DNA of 64,000 bases from Acidobacteriota bacterium (GTDB lineage Bacteria > Acidobacteriota > UBA6911 > JACQSX01): positions 128,001 to 192,000 of the forward strand of contig DASXQR010000083.1 of assembly GCA_036507075.1 (NCBI GenBank). The letters are read 5' to 3'. Made by a program: the position numbers and the translations under genes. Below are positions 1 through 9,584 of the stretch, piece by piece. Below the pieces are notes generated by a model. The model saw nothing but the letters and a program-made list of their open reading frames with translations, did no database searches and was not told the DNA's origin. Position 1 is the stretch's first letter. Each line of letters starts with the position of its first letter.

Positions 1-78
1 TCTGCATTCGCAGCCAGGTCTCCTGAATCTTCCGGTAACCGGCCGCAAGCGTGGGAGAGTCCTGAAGGGCCCAAGCCA

Positions 79-510
79 TCAGAGGATCTTTTTGAGGTTT
101 TCGAAGAAGTCGCTCACCATTTTTTTGGCGAGAGAGTGGATCATGCGCTGGCCGACCGACGCAATCATTCCCCCCGCCTGGACCTCTCCGTTATAACTTA
201 CGTTGGTCTTCTCTTCCACGGGTTCCAGGCGAATTGTTCCCTTTCCATTGACAAAACCGGGCTTTCCCTGAGCATTGACATTCATCGTGTACGAGCTGGG
301 GTAGTTTAAGTCTTCGAGGCGGATAGTGCCCAGAAACTTTCCCCGAATCGAGCCCACTCCGGCTTCAATTTCCAACTCGAATTCACTGTCGCCCTTTCGG
401 TCGATGCGCCGGCAGCCCGGTATGGATCGCATCAGGGCGAGCGGATCCATCAAGTGTTTCCAGACAATTTCAGGCTTAGCGGGAAAAAGGTACTCGCCGG
501 AAACATTCAT
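79..510 (-). CDS. coxG: CoxG / SRPBCC-family carbon monoxide dehydrogenase accessory subunit G
   Basis: 143 aa with 'VWKHLMDP...SIPGC' and 'GGMIASVGQRMI' segments typical of CoxG; last gene of the coxSLM run. Confidence 0.85.
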   Translation of the reverse strand: MNVSGEYLFPAKPEIVWKHLMDPLALMRSIPGCRRIDRKGDSEFELEIEAGVGSIRGKFLGTIRLEDLNYPSSYTMNVNAQGKPGFVNGKGTIRLEPVEEKTNVSYNGEVQAGGMIASVGQRMIHSLAKKMVSDFFENLKKIL

Positions 511-582
511 CCCATTTTAGAAACAGGAGACATGACCCTGCGCAGTAGAGTGTTCTGGTACCAATCTGCAGAGCCGCTCAAA

Positions 583-700
583 GAATGCGGAATGGCGAAT
601 GAATCAGAGCTTCAAGACAAGAACCTATTTTCTTATTCCTAATTCCGCATTCGCCATTCCGCATTCCGCATTCGCCACTCCCATTCCCCATTCCGCATTC
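583..700. repeat. Palindromic heptamer-repeat element (GAATGCG / ATTCCGC family)
   Basis: Left arm gaatgcggaatggcgaat, right arm (attccgc/attcgcc)n, with a unique ~40 nt spacer; lies between coxM and coxG. Confidence 0.85.
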
Positions 701-704
701 GTAT

Positions 705-1565
705 CTAGCCCGCCGCGGCGGCCAGGATTGCTCGTCGCGCGAACACGTCCGCCATCGCGGTGCGGTATTCCGTAGAGGCATGAATGTCGCCCTGCACGTC
801 GACTCCAGCGGCCACGTCCTTGCACGCGCGCGTCACATTGCTTTCCGTCAGCGACTTGCCGCGAAGCGCCTCTTCCACTCTGGTAAGGCGAAACGCTTTC
901 GGACCCACTCCGGTAAGAGCTACAGCGATTTTCTGGCACTTGCCGCCTTCATCTTTGCTCACCACTGCCGCCGCTCCGGCAATGGCAAACCCCGAGGCCT
1001 GCTGCCGAAGCTTTTGATAGGCGGACCCTGCTCCGCGGGGAAGAGCCGGAACATGAATGGCGACGATCAGTTCTCCGGGCGACAGTGCGGTGGTGAACAA
1101 ATCGAGGAAAAAATCCACCGCCGGCACTTGCCGGCGCCCCGAGTCTCCTTCTATTTCGATCTGCACGTCGAGCGCAAGCAGCGCCGCAGGGTAATCCGCG
1201 GCTGGATCGGCGTGCGCGATGCTGCCGCCGATAGTCCCCCGGTTGCGCACCTGAACATCCCCAATTTCAGACGCTGTCTGCGGAAGCAGCGCGCACCGGT
1301 TCTTGAGTGTCTGGCTGGTTTCAATAGCTCGATGAGTTACCAGCGCTCCAATCTTGATTTTTTCTCCCTGATCCGAGATCTGGGCCAATTCCTGGATACC
1401 CCCGAGATCAATCACCTGGCGGGGCGTCGCCAGACGCAGTTTCATCATCGGCACAAGGCTGTGGCCGCCCGACAGGAACTTGGCGTCGGTTCCGTATCGC
1501 CGCGAGAGCGAAATCGCTTCCTGCGTGCTGGCAGGACTGAAATACTCAAAGGCTTCCGGAATCAT
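705..1565 (-). CDS. coxM: CoxM/CutM-like FAD-binding medium subunit of a xanthine dehydrogenase-family molybdoenzyme
   Basis: Start re-assigned to MIPEAFEY (ATG 1565, aaggagg SD, ATGA overlap with the coxL stop); motifs 'SGGHSL', 'RNRGTIGGS', 'ADPAAD'. Confidence 0.9.
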   Translation of the reverse strand: MIPEAFEYFSPASTQEAISLSRRYGTDAKFLSGGHSLVPMMKLRLATPRQVIDLGGIQELAQISDQGEKIKIGALVTHRAIETSQTLKNRCALLPQTASEIGDVQVRNRGTIGGSIAHADPAADYPAALLALDVQIEIEGDSGRRQVPAVDFFLDLFTTALSPGELIVAIHVPALPRGAGSAYQKLRQQASGFAIAGAAAVVSKDEGGKCQKIAVALTGVGPKAFRLTRVEEALRGKSLTESNVTRACKDVAAGVDVQGDIHASTEYRTAMADVFARRAILAAAAG

Positions 1566-3883
1566 TGCGCCTCCTTCTGCATCAATCTCCAGATCTTCTC
1601 CGGACGCAGCGGCATATCGATGTGCTTGACGCCAAACGGCCGCAGCGCATCCACAACAGCATTCACCAGCGCGGGTGTAGCTCCAATCGTCCCCGCTTCG
1701 CCCACCCCTTTGACGCCGAGCGGATTCACCGGCGAAGGTGTCTCGGTCCGATCCAGCTCCAGCCACGGGACATCCATCGCGCGGGGGATGGCATAGTCCA
1801 TCAGCGTGCCGGTGATCAACTGCCCGTTTTCGTCATAGACCGCCTCCTCCATGAATGCCTGGCCAAGGCTTTGGACAATGCCGCCGTGTATCTGGCCTTC
1901 AACCAGCAGAGGATTGATTACTTTGCCGCAGTCATCGACGGCGGCATATTTCAGAATTTTCACCGATCCGGTCTCGCGATCCGCCTCCACCACACAAAGG
2001 TGAGCGCCGAACGGGAAAGTAAAATTCTTGGGTTCGAAAAAATAGGTGGCGGACAAACCGGGCTCGTAGTTTTTCGGAAGATTCTTGGCGATGTGGGATG
2101 CCAGAGCCACTTCCTGAAGGGTGAGCGATTTTTCCGGATTGCTGCTGGAGTAAAACTTCCCGTCGCGGAAGGCGACCTGATTCTTTGGAAGTTTAAGCAG
2201 ATGCGCGGCCAGCACGGACGCCTTCTTGATCAGTTGCTGCACGGCACGGTAAACAGCCGTTCCGCCGACGGCCGTGGCGCGACTGCCGAACGTGCCGATG
2301 CCGTACTGCACGATTGCCGTGTCACCGTGGATCACGATGACATCGTCCAGGTCCACACCCAGCATTTCGGCGGCGATCTGGGCAAATGACGTTTCCTGGC
2401 CCTGCCCATGCGGAGATGCTCCGGTCAGCACGGTGACCTTGCCCGTGGGCTCGATGCGCACAGTGGCGCTTTCCCAGCCCCCCGCCGGCATGGCCGGCGA
2501 AGGTCCCATGGCACAAATCTCAACGTAGGTGGAAATTCCGATACCCAGGTAGCGACCCTTCTTTCGGCCCTTCTCCTGTTCGCGCCGCCACTTCTTGTAT
2601 TCTCCCAGCTTGAGCGCCTTCTTCAGCGAGGCCTCATAATTGCCGCTGTCGTAGCTCAGCCCGGTGGCAGTCGAATAGGGAAAGTCCTTTTTGGCGGGAA
2701 AATTCTTTCGACGCACCTCCACCGGATCCATGTTCAGTTCCTGAGCGACCAGATCGGCGGCTCGTTCAATCACATGCGTGGCTTCGGGCCTGCCTGCTCC
2801 GCGATAGGCGTCGGTGGCCATCTTATTGGTGAAGACGCCGGTCACGTCCATCCGAATCGCAGGAATGCGATAGGTCCCTGGCAGCATCAATCCGGTCAGG
2901 GTGGGAATGGCCGGCGTGAGCAACTGGTGGTAGGCTCCCAGGTCCGCCCAGATTTTGTAGGTGATTCCCAGAATCTGGCCGTCGTTCTTGATGGCGATTT
3001 CGACATCGCCCACCTGGCCGCGGCCGTGGATGGTGGCGGCGAAGTTCTCACTGCGCGTCTCAATCCACTTTACCGGCTTGCCGAGCTGCATGGCGATGTG
3101 TCCGAGAAGCGCTTCTTCGCCGTAGACGTTTAGTTTGCTTCCAAAACCGCCGCCCACTTCAGGAGTCACAACACGCAGGCGGTTCTCCGGCAGCCCGAGC
3201 ATGATTGCCACCTGCGTTCTCATAAGATGCGGGATTTGAGTGGACGACCAGATAGTCAGCTCTTTCTCTCCGGGGAAGTAACGGGCGATCACACCTCGCG
3301 GCTCCATGGCAACCGGGATGAGTCGCTGGTGCTCCATCCGCTGTTTGATAATCCGGTCGGCGTCCTTGAAGGCTTGTTTGACGTCGCCGCCTGAGAGCGT
3401 CCAGGTATAGGCGATGTTGTCTGAAAATTCATCGTGGATGGGCTTCGATTCGGGCGAGGCGGCCTTAATGGGGTCGACCACGGCGGCCAGCGGCTCGTAG
3501 TCGACCACCACTGCGTCGGCGGCATCACGCGCCTGATACAGGGATTGGGCCACCACAGCCACCACGGGCTCTCCGACGTAGCGGACTTTATTCAGCGCGA
3601 GCACCGGATGATGCGGCACTTTCAGATTCTCGAGCGCCCCTGCCGTCGGCACCGAGCCTACATTGCGGCAGTCTTCACCGGTGAATATCCGCACTACTCC
3701 GGGCATTTTCGAGGCGGCTGAATTATCGATGCGCCGGATCTTGGCGTGGCCATGAATGCTGCGAACAAAGGAAACGTAATGAAGATCGGGAAGCTTTATG
3801 TCATCCACGTAGTGTGCCAGCCCGCTCACCAGCCTGGGATCTTCTGTTCGCTTGACTGACTGTCCGATATAGCGCTGCGCCAT
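1562..3883 (-). CDS. coxL: CoxL-like molybdopterin-binding large subunit, form II type
   Basis: Start MAQRYIG (ATG 3883, aggagg SD); 'GGGFGSK', 'KGVGEAG', active-site loop AYRGAGR (form II, not form I AYxCSFR). Confidence 0.88.
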   Translation of the reverse strand: MAQRYIGQSVKRTEDPRLVSGLAHYVDDIKLPDLHYVSFVRSIHGHAKIRRIDNSAASKMPGVVRIFTGEDCRNVGSVPTAGALENLKVPHHPVLALNKVRYVGEPVVAVVAQSLYQARDAADAVVVDYEPLAAVVDPIKAASPESKPIHDEFSDNIAYTWTLSGGDVKQAFKDADRIIKQRMEHQRLIPVAMEPRGVIARYFPGEKELTIWSSTQIPHLMRTQVAIMLGLPENRLRVVTPEVGGGFGSKLNVYGEEALLGHIAMQLGKPVKWIETRSENFAATIHGRGQVGDVEIAIKNDGQILGITYKIWADLGAYHQLLTPAIPTLTGLMLPGTYRIPAIRMDVTGVFTNKMATDAYRGAGRPEATHVIERAADLVAQELNMDPVEVRRKNFPAKKDFPYSTATGLSYDSGNYEASLKKALKLGEYKKWRREQEKGRKKGRYLGIGISTYVEICAMGPSPAMPAGGWESATVRIEPTGKVTVLTGASPHGQGQETSFAQIAAEMLGVDLDDVIVIHGDTAIVQYGIGTFGSRATAVGGTAVYRAVQQLIKKASVLAAHLLKLPKNQVAFRDGKFYSSSNPEKSLTLQEVALASHIAKNLPKNYEPGLSATYFFEPKNFTFPFGAHLCVVEADRETGSVKILKYAAVDDCGKVINPLLVEGQIHGGIVQSLGQAFMEEAVYDENGQLITGTLMDYAIPRAMDVPWLELDRTETPSPVNPLGVKGVGEAGTIGATPALVNAVVDALRPFGVKHIDMPLRPEKIWRLMQKEAQ

Positions 3884-3891
3884 GAGACCTC

Positions 3892-4404
3892 CTATCGAGC
3901 GACTGTCTCGGGCTGTTTGTCTTCCTTCACGGCGGCCGGGGCGGCGTGCATCTTTGCGGCTGCGGAACGGATCGCCTTGACAATGTGCTGATAGCCGGTG
4001 CAGCGACATAAGTTACCCTCGATTCCGCGGCGGATTTCCTCGTCGGTGGGCTGGGTATTGTCCTGCAGCAACTGGTGCGCCGTCATGATCATTCCCGGCG
4101 TGCAATAGCCGCATTGCAAGCCGTGCTCCTCCCAGAAGGCCTGTTGTATCGGATGCAGCTTTCCATCCTTTGCCAGGGCCTCGATGGTCGTGACTTCCCT
4201 GTTGTTTGCCTGAACGGCCAGCAGGGTGCAGGATTTTACGGCTTTGCCGTCGAGCAACACCGTGCACGCCCCGCAGACCGAGGTCTCACAGCCGATGTGC
4301 GTGCCGGTAAGCTGTGCATTTTCCCGCAAAAAGTGAACCAGCAGCAGCCTCGGTTCAACATCCGCCTGATGCCTTTTTCCGTTTATTGAAAGTGAGATTT
4401 GCAT
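3892..4404 (-). CDS. coxS: CoxS-like (2Fe-2S) small subunit
   Basis: '[12 protein letters not shown]', 'QCGYCTPG' and 'GNLCRCTGY' Fe-S motifs. Confidence 0.93.
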   Translation of the reverse strand: MQISLSINGKRHQADVEPRLLLVHFLRENAQLTGTHIGCETSVCGACTVLLDGKAVKSCTLLAVQANNREVTTIEALAKDGKLHPIQQAFWEEHGLQCGYCTPGMIMTAHQLLQDNTQPTDEEIRRGIEGNLCRCTGYQHIVKAIRSAAAKMHAAPAAVKEDKQPETVAR

Positions 4405-4538
4405 TTCGAACCCCCGTCTTTTGGGCCGATCGAGTCTTAACGAAACCGGAATGTGCAGCCGATTCTATCAAAAACCCGAAAGCGAAAAGCAAATCGAATT
4501 TTCCGTGGAACGGGTGTGAAAAAGTCATGGCACAAGGA

Positions 4539-4698
4539 TTGGTCATTGGTCATTCGTCATCAGCCACCAAGTCATTGGTCATCGCTCACGGTTGTCAATT
4601 ACTCACGCCCGATGAAACCAGTGGCCTAATGACGAATGACGAATGACCAATGACCACCAATGACCAGTGACCAATGACGATTCTTGTGTCTTTGTGGT
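4539..4698. repeat. Palindromic heptamer-repeat element (GGTCATT / AATGACC family) plus a half 9-mer element
   Basis: ttggtcattggtcattcgtcat ... aatgacgaatgacgaatgaccaatgacc, followed by ttgtgtctttgtggt. Confidence 0.85.
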
Positions 4699-4712
4699 GC
4701 GAAAGGAGGGTT

Positions 4713-5375
4713 CTATTTGAACTCGACGTTCTTGACGCGGCCCTTGTCGAATACGACGATAAACCGATCATAAACGTAGGTGCGGGTGTCGCCGAGAACG
4801 ACCTGCATCATGGGCGAACCCAACTGGGCCTTCACCTGAGCCTCGGTCATTCCATGCGAGATTTCAATGCCTTGATCAGCGCCTCGGGAACGATCAGCCG
4901 ACATCGAAGGCGCAGCAGTGGAAGGCGCGGTTTGACGTGGCAGCTCTCGCGGCGGGATGTTGTGAATAGTTACTGGCGGCTTGCCCGGTTCGGAGGCAGG
5001 CGCAGGAGCCTCGTCAACTTCTCTGTACGACGAGTAGGGCAGGGAATTTCGGATGATCAAGCTGTACGGCGGCTGCATCCTGGCCGCCAGATAGTAGCGG
5101 TTCCATCCTAACGGGATAGACCTGGCCTGTTGCGTCAAATAGGCGCCGCTCTGGTAGTAGGCGCCATTCTGATAATAGGGATCAAAGTAGCTCTGATAGC
5201 CCGTGTACGGAGAAAACGCACACTGCGGCGCGTAGTATTGGGTCTGGTAATACATGTGTCTTGGGCCTGAGTAGGATCGAATCAGGCCGGCGTGCCCGGA
5301 ATAACGATGATGAAAGGCCGAAGCTTCTCCGCCAAGCGCCAGGTAAAGACTGATAACAACGAGACTTTTCTTCAT
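4713..5375 (-). CDS. Exported hypothetical protein: Tyr/Gln-rich N-terminus, Pro-rich linker, small BamE/SmpA-like C-terminal module
   Basis: Signal peptide MKKSLVVISLYLALGGEASA; C-terminal 'ISHGMTEAQVKAQLGSP' pattern; TAAAAT 9 nt upstream of ATG. Confidence 0.7.
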   Translation of the reverse strand: MKKSLVVISLYLALGGEASAFHHRYSGHAGLIRSYSGPRHMYYQTQYYAPQCAFSPYTGYQSYFDPYYQNGAYYQSGAYLTQQARSIPLGWNRYYLAARMQPPYSLIIRNSLPYSSYREVDEAPAPASEPGKPPVTIHNIPPRELPRQTAPSTAAPSMSADRSRGADQGIEISHGMTEAQVKAQLGSPMMQVVLGDTRTYVYDRFIVVFDKGRVKNVEFK

Positions 5376-5456
5376 CGTGCAACCATTTTACCCCAGCTTC
5401 GGACACTCTTGAAGATGTTCTTGAGCGAAAAAAGGTTCATACATGGGGTCACAATT

Positions 5457-6203
5457 TCAACGGCGCCCGGATCGCGGCGGGTAGGAGAAGTACTTGCCAA
5501 CGTCGCGGGCGGTCAGTTCCCGCAATTCTCCTGTCTTCAGGGCGCCCAATTTCAGTTTCCCCACCTGCACACGAACCAGCTTCAGCACGATGTGCTCCAG
5601 AGCCTCGAACATTCGCCGCACTTGACGGTTCCTTCCTTCATGAATCGTCAACTCGAACCAACTGTGACGTTCCGTCGTTCTTATCGGATTCACCCGCGCC
5701 GGCAGGGTAAAACCGTCGGACAGTTCAACGCCGCCGCGAAGTTTCTCAATTTCCGAATCTTCGACCTTACCACTCACTTTCACCAGGTAAGTCTTGGGGA
5801 CCTTGAATGAAGGATCGGTCAGGTAATTCGCAAAATCATTGTCGTTGGTCAGAAGCAAAAGGCCGGATGTATTCTTGTCCAGGCGTCCCACAGAGAAGAT
5901 ATGCTGCTGACCCGGCGGCAAAAGATCGTAGACCGTTTTGCGGTCCAGCTTGTCCTGGTGGGTGGTGATGACTCCTTTGGGCTTATTGAGCGCCCAGTAT
6001 TTTCGAGCGGCACGCCGCACCTCCACATGGTTCACCGCGAGGTGATCGCGTTTTAGATCGACCCACCGCTCAGGATTGCGCTCCACTTTTCCGTTTACCG
6101 AGACCCGGCCGGCAATAATCTGGTCTCGCGCCTTGGTGCGCGACGCGATGCCGAAACGGGAAAGAGCCCGGTCCAGGGTGGCCTTGGTCTTGGTGGAATT
6201 CAA
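5457..6203 (-). CDS. RsuA/RluB-family rRNA pseudouridine synthase
   Basis: S4 domain, 'NKPKG', catalytic 'GRLD', 'EGRNRQVRRM'; TTG start. Confidence 0.93.
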   Translation of the reverse strand: MNSTKTKATLDRALSRFGIASRTKARDQIIAGRVSVNGKVERNPERWVDLKRDHLAVNHVEVRRAARKYWALNKPKGVITTHQDKLDRKTVYDLLPPGQQHIFSVGRLDKNTSGLLLLTNDNDFANYLTDPSFKVPKTYLVKVSGKVEDSEIEKLRGGVELSDGFTLPARVNPIRTTERHSWFELTIHEGRNRQVRRMFEALEHIVLKLVRVQVGKLKLGALKTGELRELTARDVGKYFSYPPRSGRR

Positions 6204-6231
6204 TTCGTGCCTCCGACTTAGAACATGGGGA

Positions 6232-6300
6232 AAAAATTAACCACAAAGACACAAAGGGCACAAAGAATCTTTGTGTCCTTTGTGCCTTTGTGGTGATTTT
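6232..6300. repeat. Palindromic 9-mer element (CACAAAG family)
   Basis: accacaaagacacaaagggcacaaag-aat-ctttgtgtcctttgtgcctttgtggt. Confidence 0.85.
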
Positions 6301-6309
6301 TTCAACCCC

Positions 6310-7365
6310 TTAGCAAAATGGACTCAGAACATCCAGTTCCGAAGCCAGGGCGCTTAGCTCCCGTTTTAGAACATCATTGACAGGGATCCCGTTTGCGCGC
6401 CGTTCGATTTCGATTTCGTCTTCGATTTCTCCCGGCACAAAGACTCGTTCCGTGCCGGGGGCGCGCGGGCAGTTCTTCAGGCTGGAAACTTCCTCGTCCA
6501 CCCGTGATTTGAATTCTCCCAGCGGCATAAAGCTTTCTACGCGAATAGTCCCGAACATGTGACCAATCCCCTGCGGCTCGGACATCGGCCCATAGAGCCC
6601 GCTCACAGATGCGGCAAAGGCACTACCCGTCAAAACACCGGTGAGCAGATCAAGTATCATGCTCAGCCCGTATCCTTTATATCCGCCCAGCGGCTGAATC
6701 GATCCTCCATCAATCACCGCCCTGGGATTGTCGGTGGCAAGCCAATGGCTGTCAAAACCCCAGGTGGGAGGAATGCGCCGCCCTTCGGTCATGGCAACCA
6801 GAATCTTTCCCAGGGCAACAGCGCCGGTGGCCATATCGAGCACCACCGGGCGATGTGCGCCGGCGGGGATGGCGACACAAAGGGGATTGTTCCCAAGAAT
6901 CTTCCGGCTGCCGCCCGATGGAGCCATGGTAGGGCCTGCGTTGCTGCCCGCAAAGCCGATCATTCCCTGCTCAACGGCCATCAGAGCGTAAAATGCCGCC
7001 GCGCCAAAGTGATTGCTGTTGCGCACGCCGACGATTGAAACGCCCGCCGCCAGACCCTTCTCAATTGCCAGACGCATCGCCCTGGCCGAAATTATCTGTC
7101 CCATCCCCGAGCCGCCATCCACAAGCGCGAAGGCGGCGCCCTCACGAACGACGCGGAACTCTCCGTCCGGCTTAATTCCTCCGGCCCGCAGGCGGTCCGT
7201 GTAGATTTTCATGCGGATGATTCCGTGAGAGTCCACGCCGCGCAGGTTGGCGGCAACAATGGCACTGCCCGTGAGTCGCGCGTCATCTGGACCAAGTCCG
7301 AGCTTTTGAAAGCAGCGGGTGCAGAACTCGGTCAATTGCGTAACCGGTATTCTGGTATCAGGCAT
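6310..7365 (-). CDS. Ldh_2 family oxidoreductase (malate/L-lactate/ureidoglycolate/sulfolactate dehydrogenase-like)
   Basis: 'RGVDSHG', 'NSNHFGA', 'GNNP', 'GYKGYGL', 'VPGE'; overlaps the MFS stop. Confidence 0.9.
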   Translation of the reverse strand: MPDTRIPVTQLTEFCTRCFQKLGLGPDDARLTGSAIVAANLRGVDSHGIIRMKIYTDRLRAGGIKPDGEFRVVREGAAFALVDGGSGMGQIISARAMRLAIEKGLAAGVSIVGVRNSNHFGAAAFYALMAVEQGMIGFAGSNAGPTMAPSGGSRKILGNNPLCVAIPAGAHRPVVLDMATGAVALGKILVAMTEGRRIPPTWGFDSHWLATDNPRAVIDGGSIQPLGGYKGYGLSMILDLLTGVLTGSAFAASVSGLYGPMSEPQGIGHMFGTIRVESFMPLGEFKSRVDEEVSSLKNCPRAPGTERVFVPGEIEDEIEIERRANGIPVNDVLKRELSALASELDVLSPFC

Positions 7366-8623
7366 AAGAAGACGAAGAAGATAGTTCCACCTTGATTGAG
7401 ATCAAAACCCAGTAGGCGAGCATGCCGCCCACCAGCACGCCGCCTGTGATGCTCAAAGCAATCGCGAATGATTGCGTTTGCTGCGCGATGATGCCGGTGA
7501 GAACCGGTGCGAGAATTCCACCGATATTGCCGCCAAAGTTCTGAATTCCCGAAACGGTGCCTACTATCTTTTTTGAGCACATCGCCTGCGTCAAGGTCCA
7601 GGTATTGGGAGCGGAGATCCCCAACCCGCACAGCGAAGTAGTCAGCAGCCACACGGAAGTCATTTTGTCTTCCACCATTCCTGCCGGCACGATCAGGCAT
7701 GCGATTGCCAGCCCTATAATGATCAGACCCTTTCTAACTCGAACTTCTGAGTGTCCACGCCGAATCAGCCAGTCACTCAGAGAACCGGAAAGAATAATGA
7801 TCACAGACATGGCGACATAAGGGATCGAACTGTACACTCCCATCTCGCGCGTGGTGAATTTTCGCTCCCGCACAAGGTAGGTCGGCAGCCAGTTGAAATA
7901 AACAAACCAGGCATAGTCGTAAGCAAAAAACCCGAGGAAAATGCCCATCACCGTCCGGTTCTTCAACAGGCCGAGTGATTGCAAAAAGGAGAAACGGTTG
8001 GCCTGGGCTGTCTGACCATCGGTTGTGCCGGCGTCTGTGGTCGCTTCCCAGGGCTTCAGGAACTTGATCCACGGCAGCAGCCAGATCAGGGGAAGCAGTC
8101 CGGTCAGAAGAAAGAAGATCTTCACATCGTAAGCGACCAGCATTGCCGCGCCCACCACGGCAATGATGGCTTGACCAAGGCGCACTCCAGCCAGATAGGC
8201 CGCCGTAACAATACCGCGCTCCCTTTCCTGGAACCAATTGGCCACAGCGCGCGCGCTGGCCGGAAACGCAACAGCCTGTCCCACTCCCAGCAGAATACGA
8301 AGCGCCATCAGTGCTGCCAGGCTGGAAGTCACTCCCGTGAGCGCAGAGGCGCCGGACCAGAAGCTGTAGCCGATGGCATAGGCGCGGCGGACGCCAAACC
8401 GGTCCACCATCCAACCCGCCGGCATCTGCATGAACGAATACGACCAGAAGAAGGCAGAAAGCAGAATCCCCATCTGGGATTCTGAAAGCCGGAAGTTTTT
8501 CATTACCGAGTGAGCCGCCACTGGCAGCGCGCCGCGCTGGGCATAACAAAAGATCATCCCGCTAACCAGCAGGAGCATCAGCCACCATCGCCGTGGGGAA
8601 TCCTTCAGAGCAGGTCCGGACAT
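7358..8623 (-). CDS. MFS transporter, anion:cation symporter (ACS)-like
   Basis: About 12 hydrophobic segments; 'GWMVDRFGVRR' MFS motif A; 'WFQERERG'. Confidence 0.9.
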   Translation of the reverse strand: MSGPALKDSPRRWWLMLLLVSGMIFCYAQRGALPVAAHSVMKNFRLSESQMGILLSAFFWSYSFMQMPAGWMVDRFGVRRAYAIGYSFWSGASALTGVTSSLAALMALRILLGVGQAVAFPASARAVANWFQERERGIVTAAYLAGVRLGQAIIAVVGAAMLVAYDVKIFFLLTGLLPLIWLLPWIKFLKPWEATTDAGTTDGQTAQANRFSFLQSLGLLKNRTVMGIFLGFFAYDYAWFVYFNWLPTYLVRERKFTTREMGVYSSIPYVAMSVIIILSGSLSDWLIRRGHSEVRVRKGLIIIGLAIACLIVPAGMVEDKMTSVWLLTTSLCGLGISAPNTWTLTQAMCSKKIVGTVSGIQNFGGNIGGILAPVLTGIIAQQTQSFAIALSITGGVLVGGMLAYWVLISIKVELSSSSSYA

Positions 8624-8673
8624 AACGGGCTACTATGGAGTTTTAGCTGTCGAATGTCGAGGACTCTTCGCTT

Positions 8674-8793
8674 ACTTACGAATGCGGATTTCGGAATGCG
8701 GAATGCGGAATAGGGCGAAAATTTGTTCCCGGCTTAGAAGAATTAAGTTGAACATATTCCGCATTCCGCATTCCGAAATCCGCATTCGTAAGT
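8674..8793. repeat. Palindromic heptamer element with perfect 39 bp inverted arms (GAATGCG family)
   Basis: 8674-8712 is the exact reverse complement of 8755-8793; 42 nt AT-rich spacer. Confidence 0.92.
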
Positions 8794-8803
8794 GATTTTG
8801 GCG

Positions 8804-9580
8804 TTAAAACTCCACGCGTTCCCCTTCCCTCGCCACGCGCAACTCTTTTTCCTCGTAATCGTCGGAAATGTGGATCGCGCGCAGTTTCCTTCGCACCGTT
8901 TCGGGCAGCGCCAGCAAATCCTTTTCCGAGGTATGCGGACCCGATTCGGTGCTGGTAACTTCGTGATAAATCACATCTGCCTGCCACAGCCATTCGCCCG
9001 CCAGCCTGTCATACTCGTCCGGTGAAATCGACTCCTCCTGCAGCAGGGATTTCAACAACACAGGACGGTAACAAGTATCGCCACTGATACCGATGGTTCG
9101 GCTGGCCGACAGCTTCAGGCCAAGGGTGGGCGTGGGGTGCCAGTTGTGGCGGACCTCGACAGTGAGCCTGCTGTCCAGCCTGGAAGGCTCGCCCGGAACC
9201 AGTTCCTGATAATCGAAATAATCGGCGAAGCCGAGGCGCTCAATGCGCTTTAAATCGCCGGAAAACGTGTCAGCAAAGGAGGGAAAGAATTTTTCTCTCA
9301 ATTCACGGTACACGCGCGCGGAAGTGAACAGACCCAGCCGCACCTTTTGCACATATTTTTTCCACAGCGCCAGCGTTTCCAAACCGGCGACATGGTCGCC
9401 ATGTACATGCGTGCAGATGACACCGGTGATCCTGGCTGGATCAATGCATCGCTCACGCAGAAGCCGCAACAACGCCTGCGGCGCGTCGAGCAGATACCAC
9501 TGTTCGGACCGAATCAGGAAACTGGTATGGAAATGACAAGACGTGAAAGCGTTTCCAATGCCGAGGACTTCAAGTTCCAT
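8804..9580 (-). CDS. Metallo-beta-lactamase-fold hydrolase (RNase Z / class II phosphodiesterase-like)
   Basis: 'LGIGNAF', 'THVHGDHVAG' (HxHxDH), 'SGDT', 'HEV...HTS', C-terminal His. Confidence 0.8.
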   Translation of the reverse strand: MELEVLGIGNAFTSCHFHTSFLIRSEQWYLLDAPQALLRLLRERCIDPARITGVICTHVHGDHVAGLETLALWKKYVQKVRLGLFTSARVYRELREKFFPSFADTFSGDLKRIERLGFADYFDYQELVPGEPSRLDSRLTVEVRHNWHPTPTLGLKLSASRTIGISGDTCYRPVLLKSLLQEESISPDEYDRLAGEWLWQADVIYHEVTSTESGPHTSEKDLLALPETVRRKLRAIHISDDYEEKELRVAREGERVEF

Positions 9581-9584
9581 TTTT

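Noticed and set aside
578..939. Short ORFs with 'MRNAECG'-type periodic peptides (also 8510-8993, 57647-58168)
   Set aside because: Translations of the heptamer repeats or shadows of real genes
1566..1766. N-terminal extension of the coxM ORF
   Set aside because: Overlaps coxL; real start with SD and ATGA coupling is at 1565
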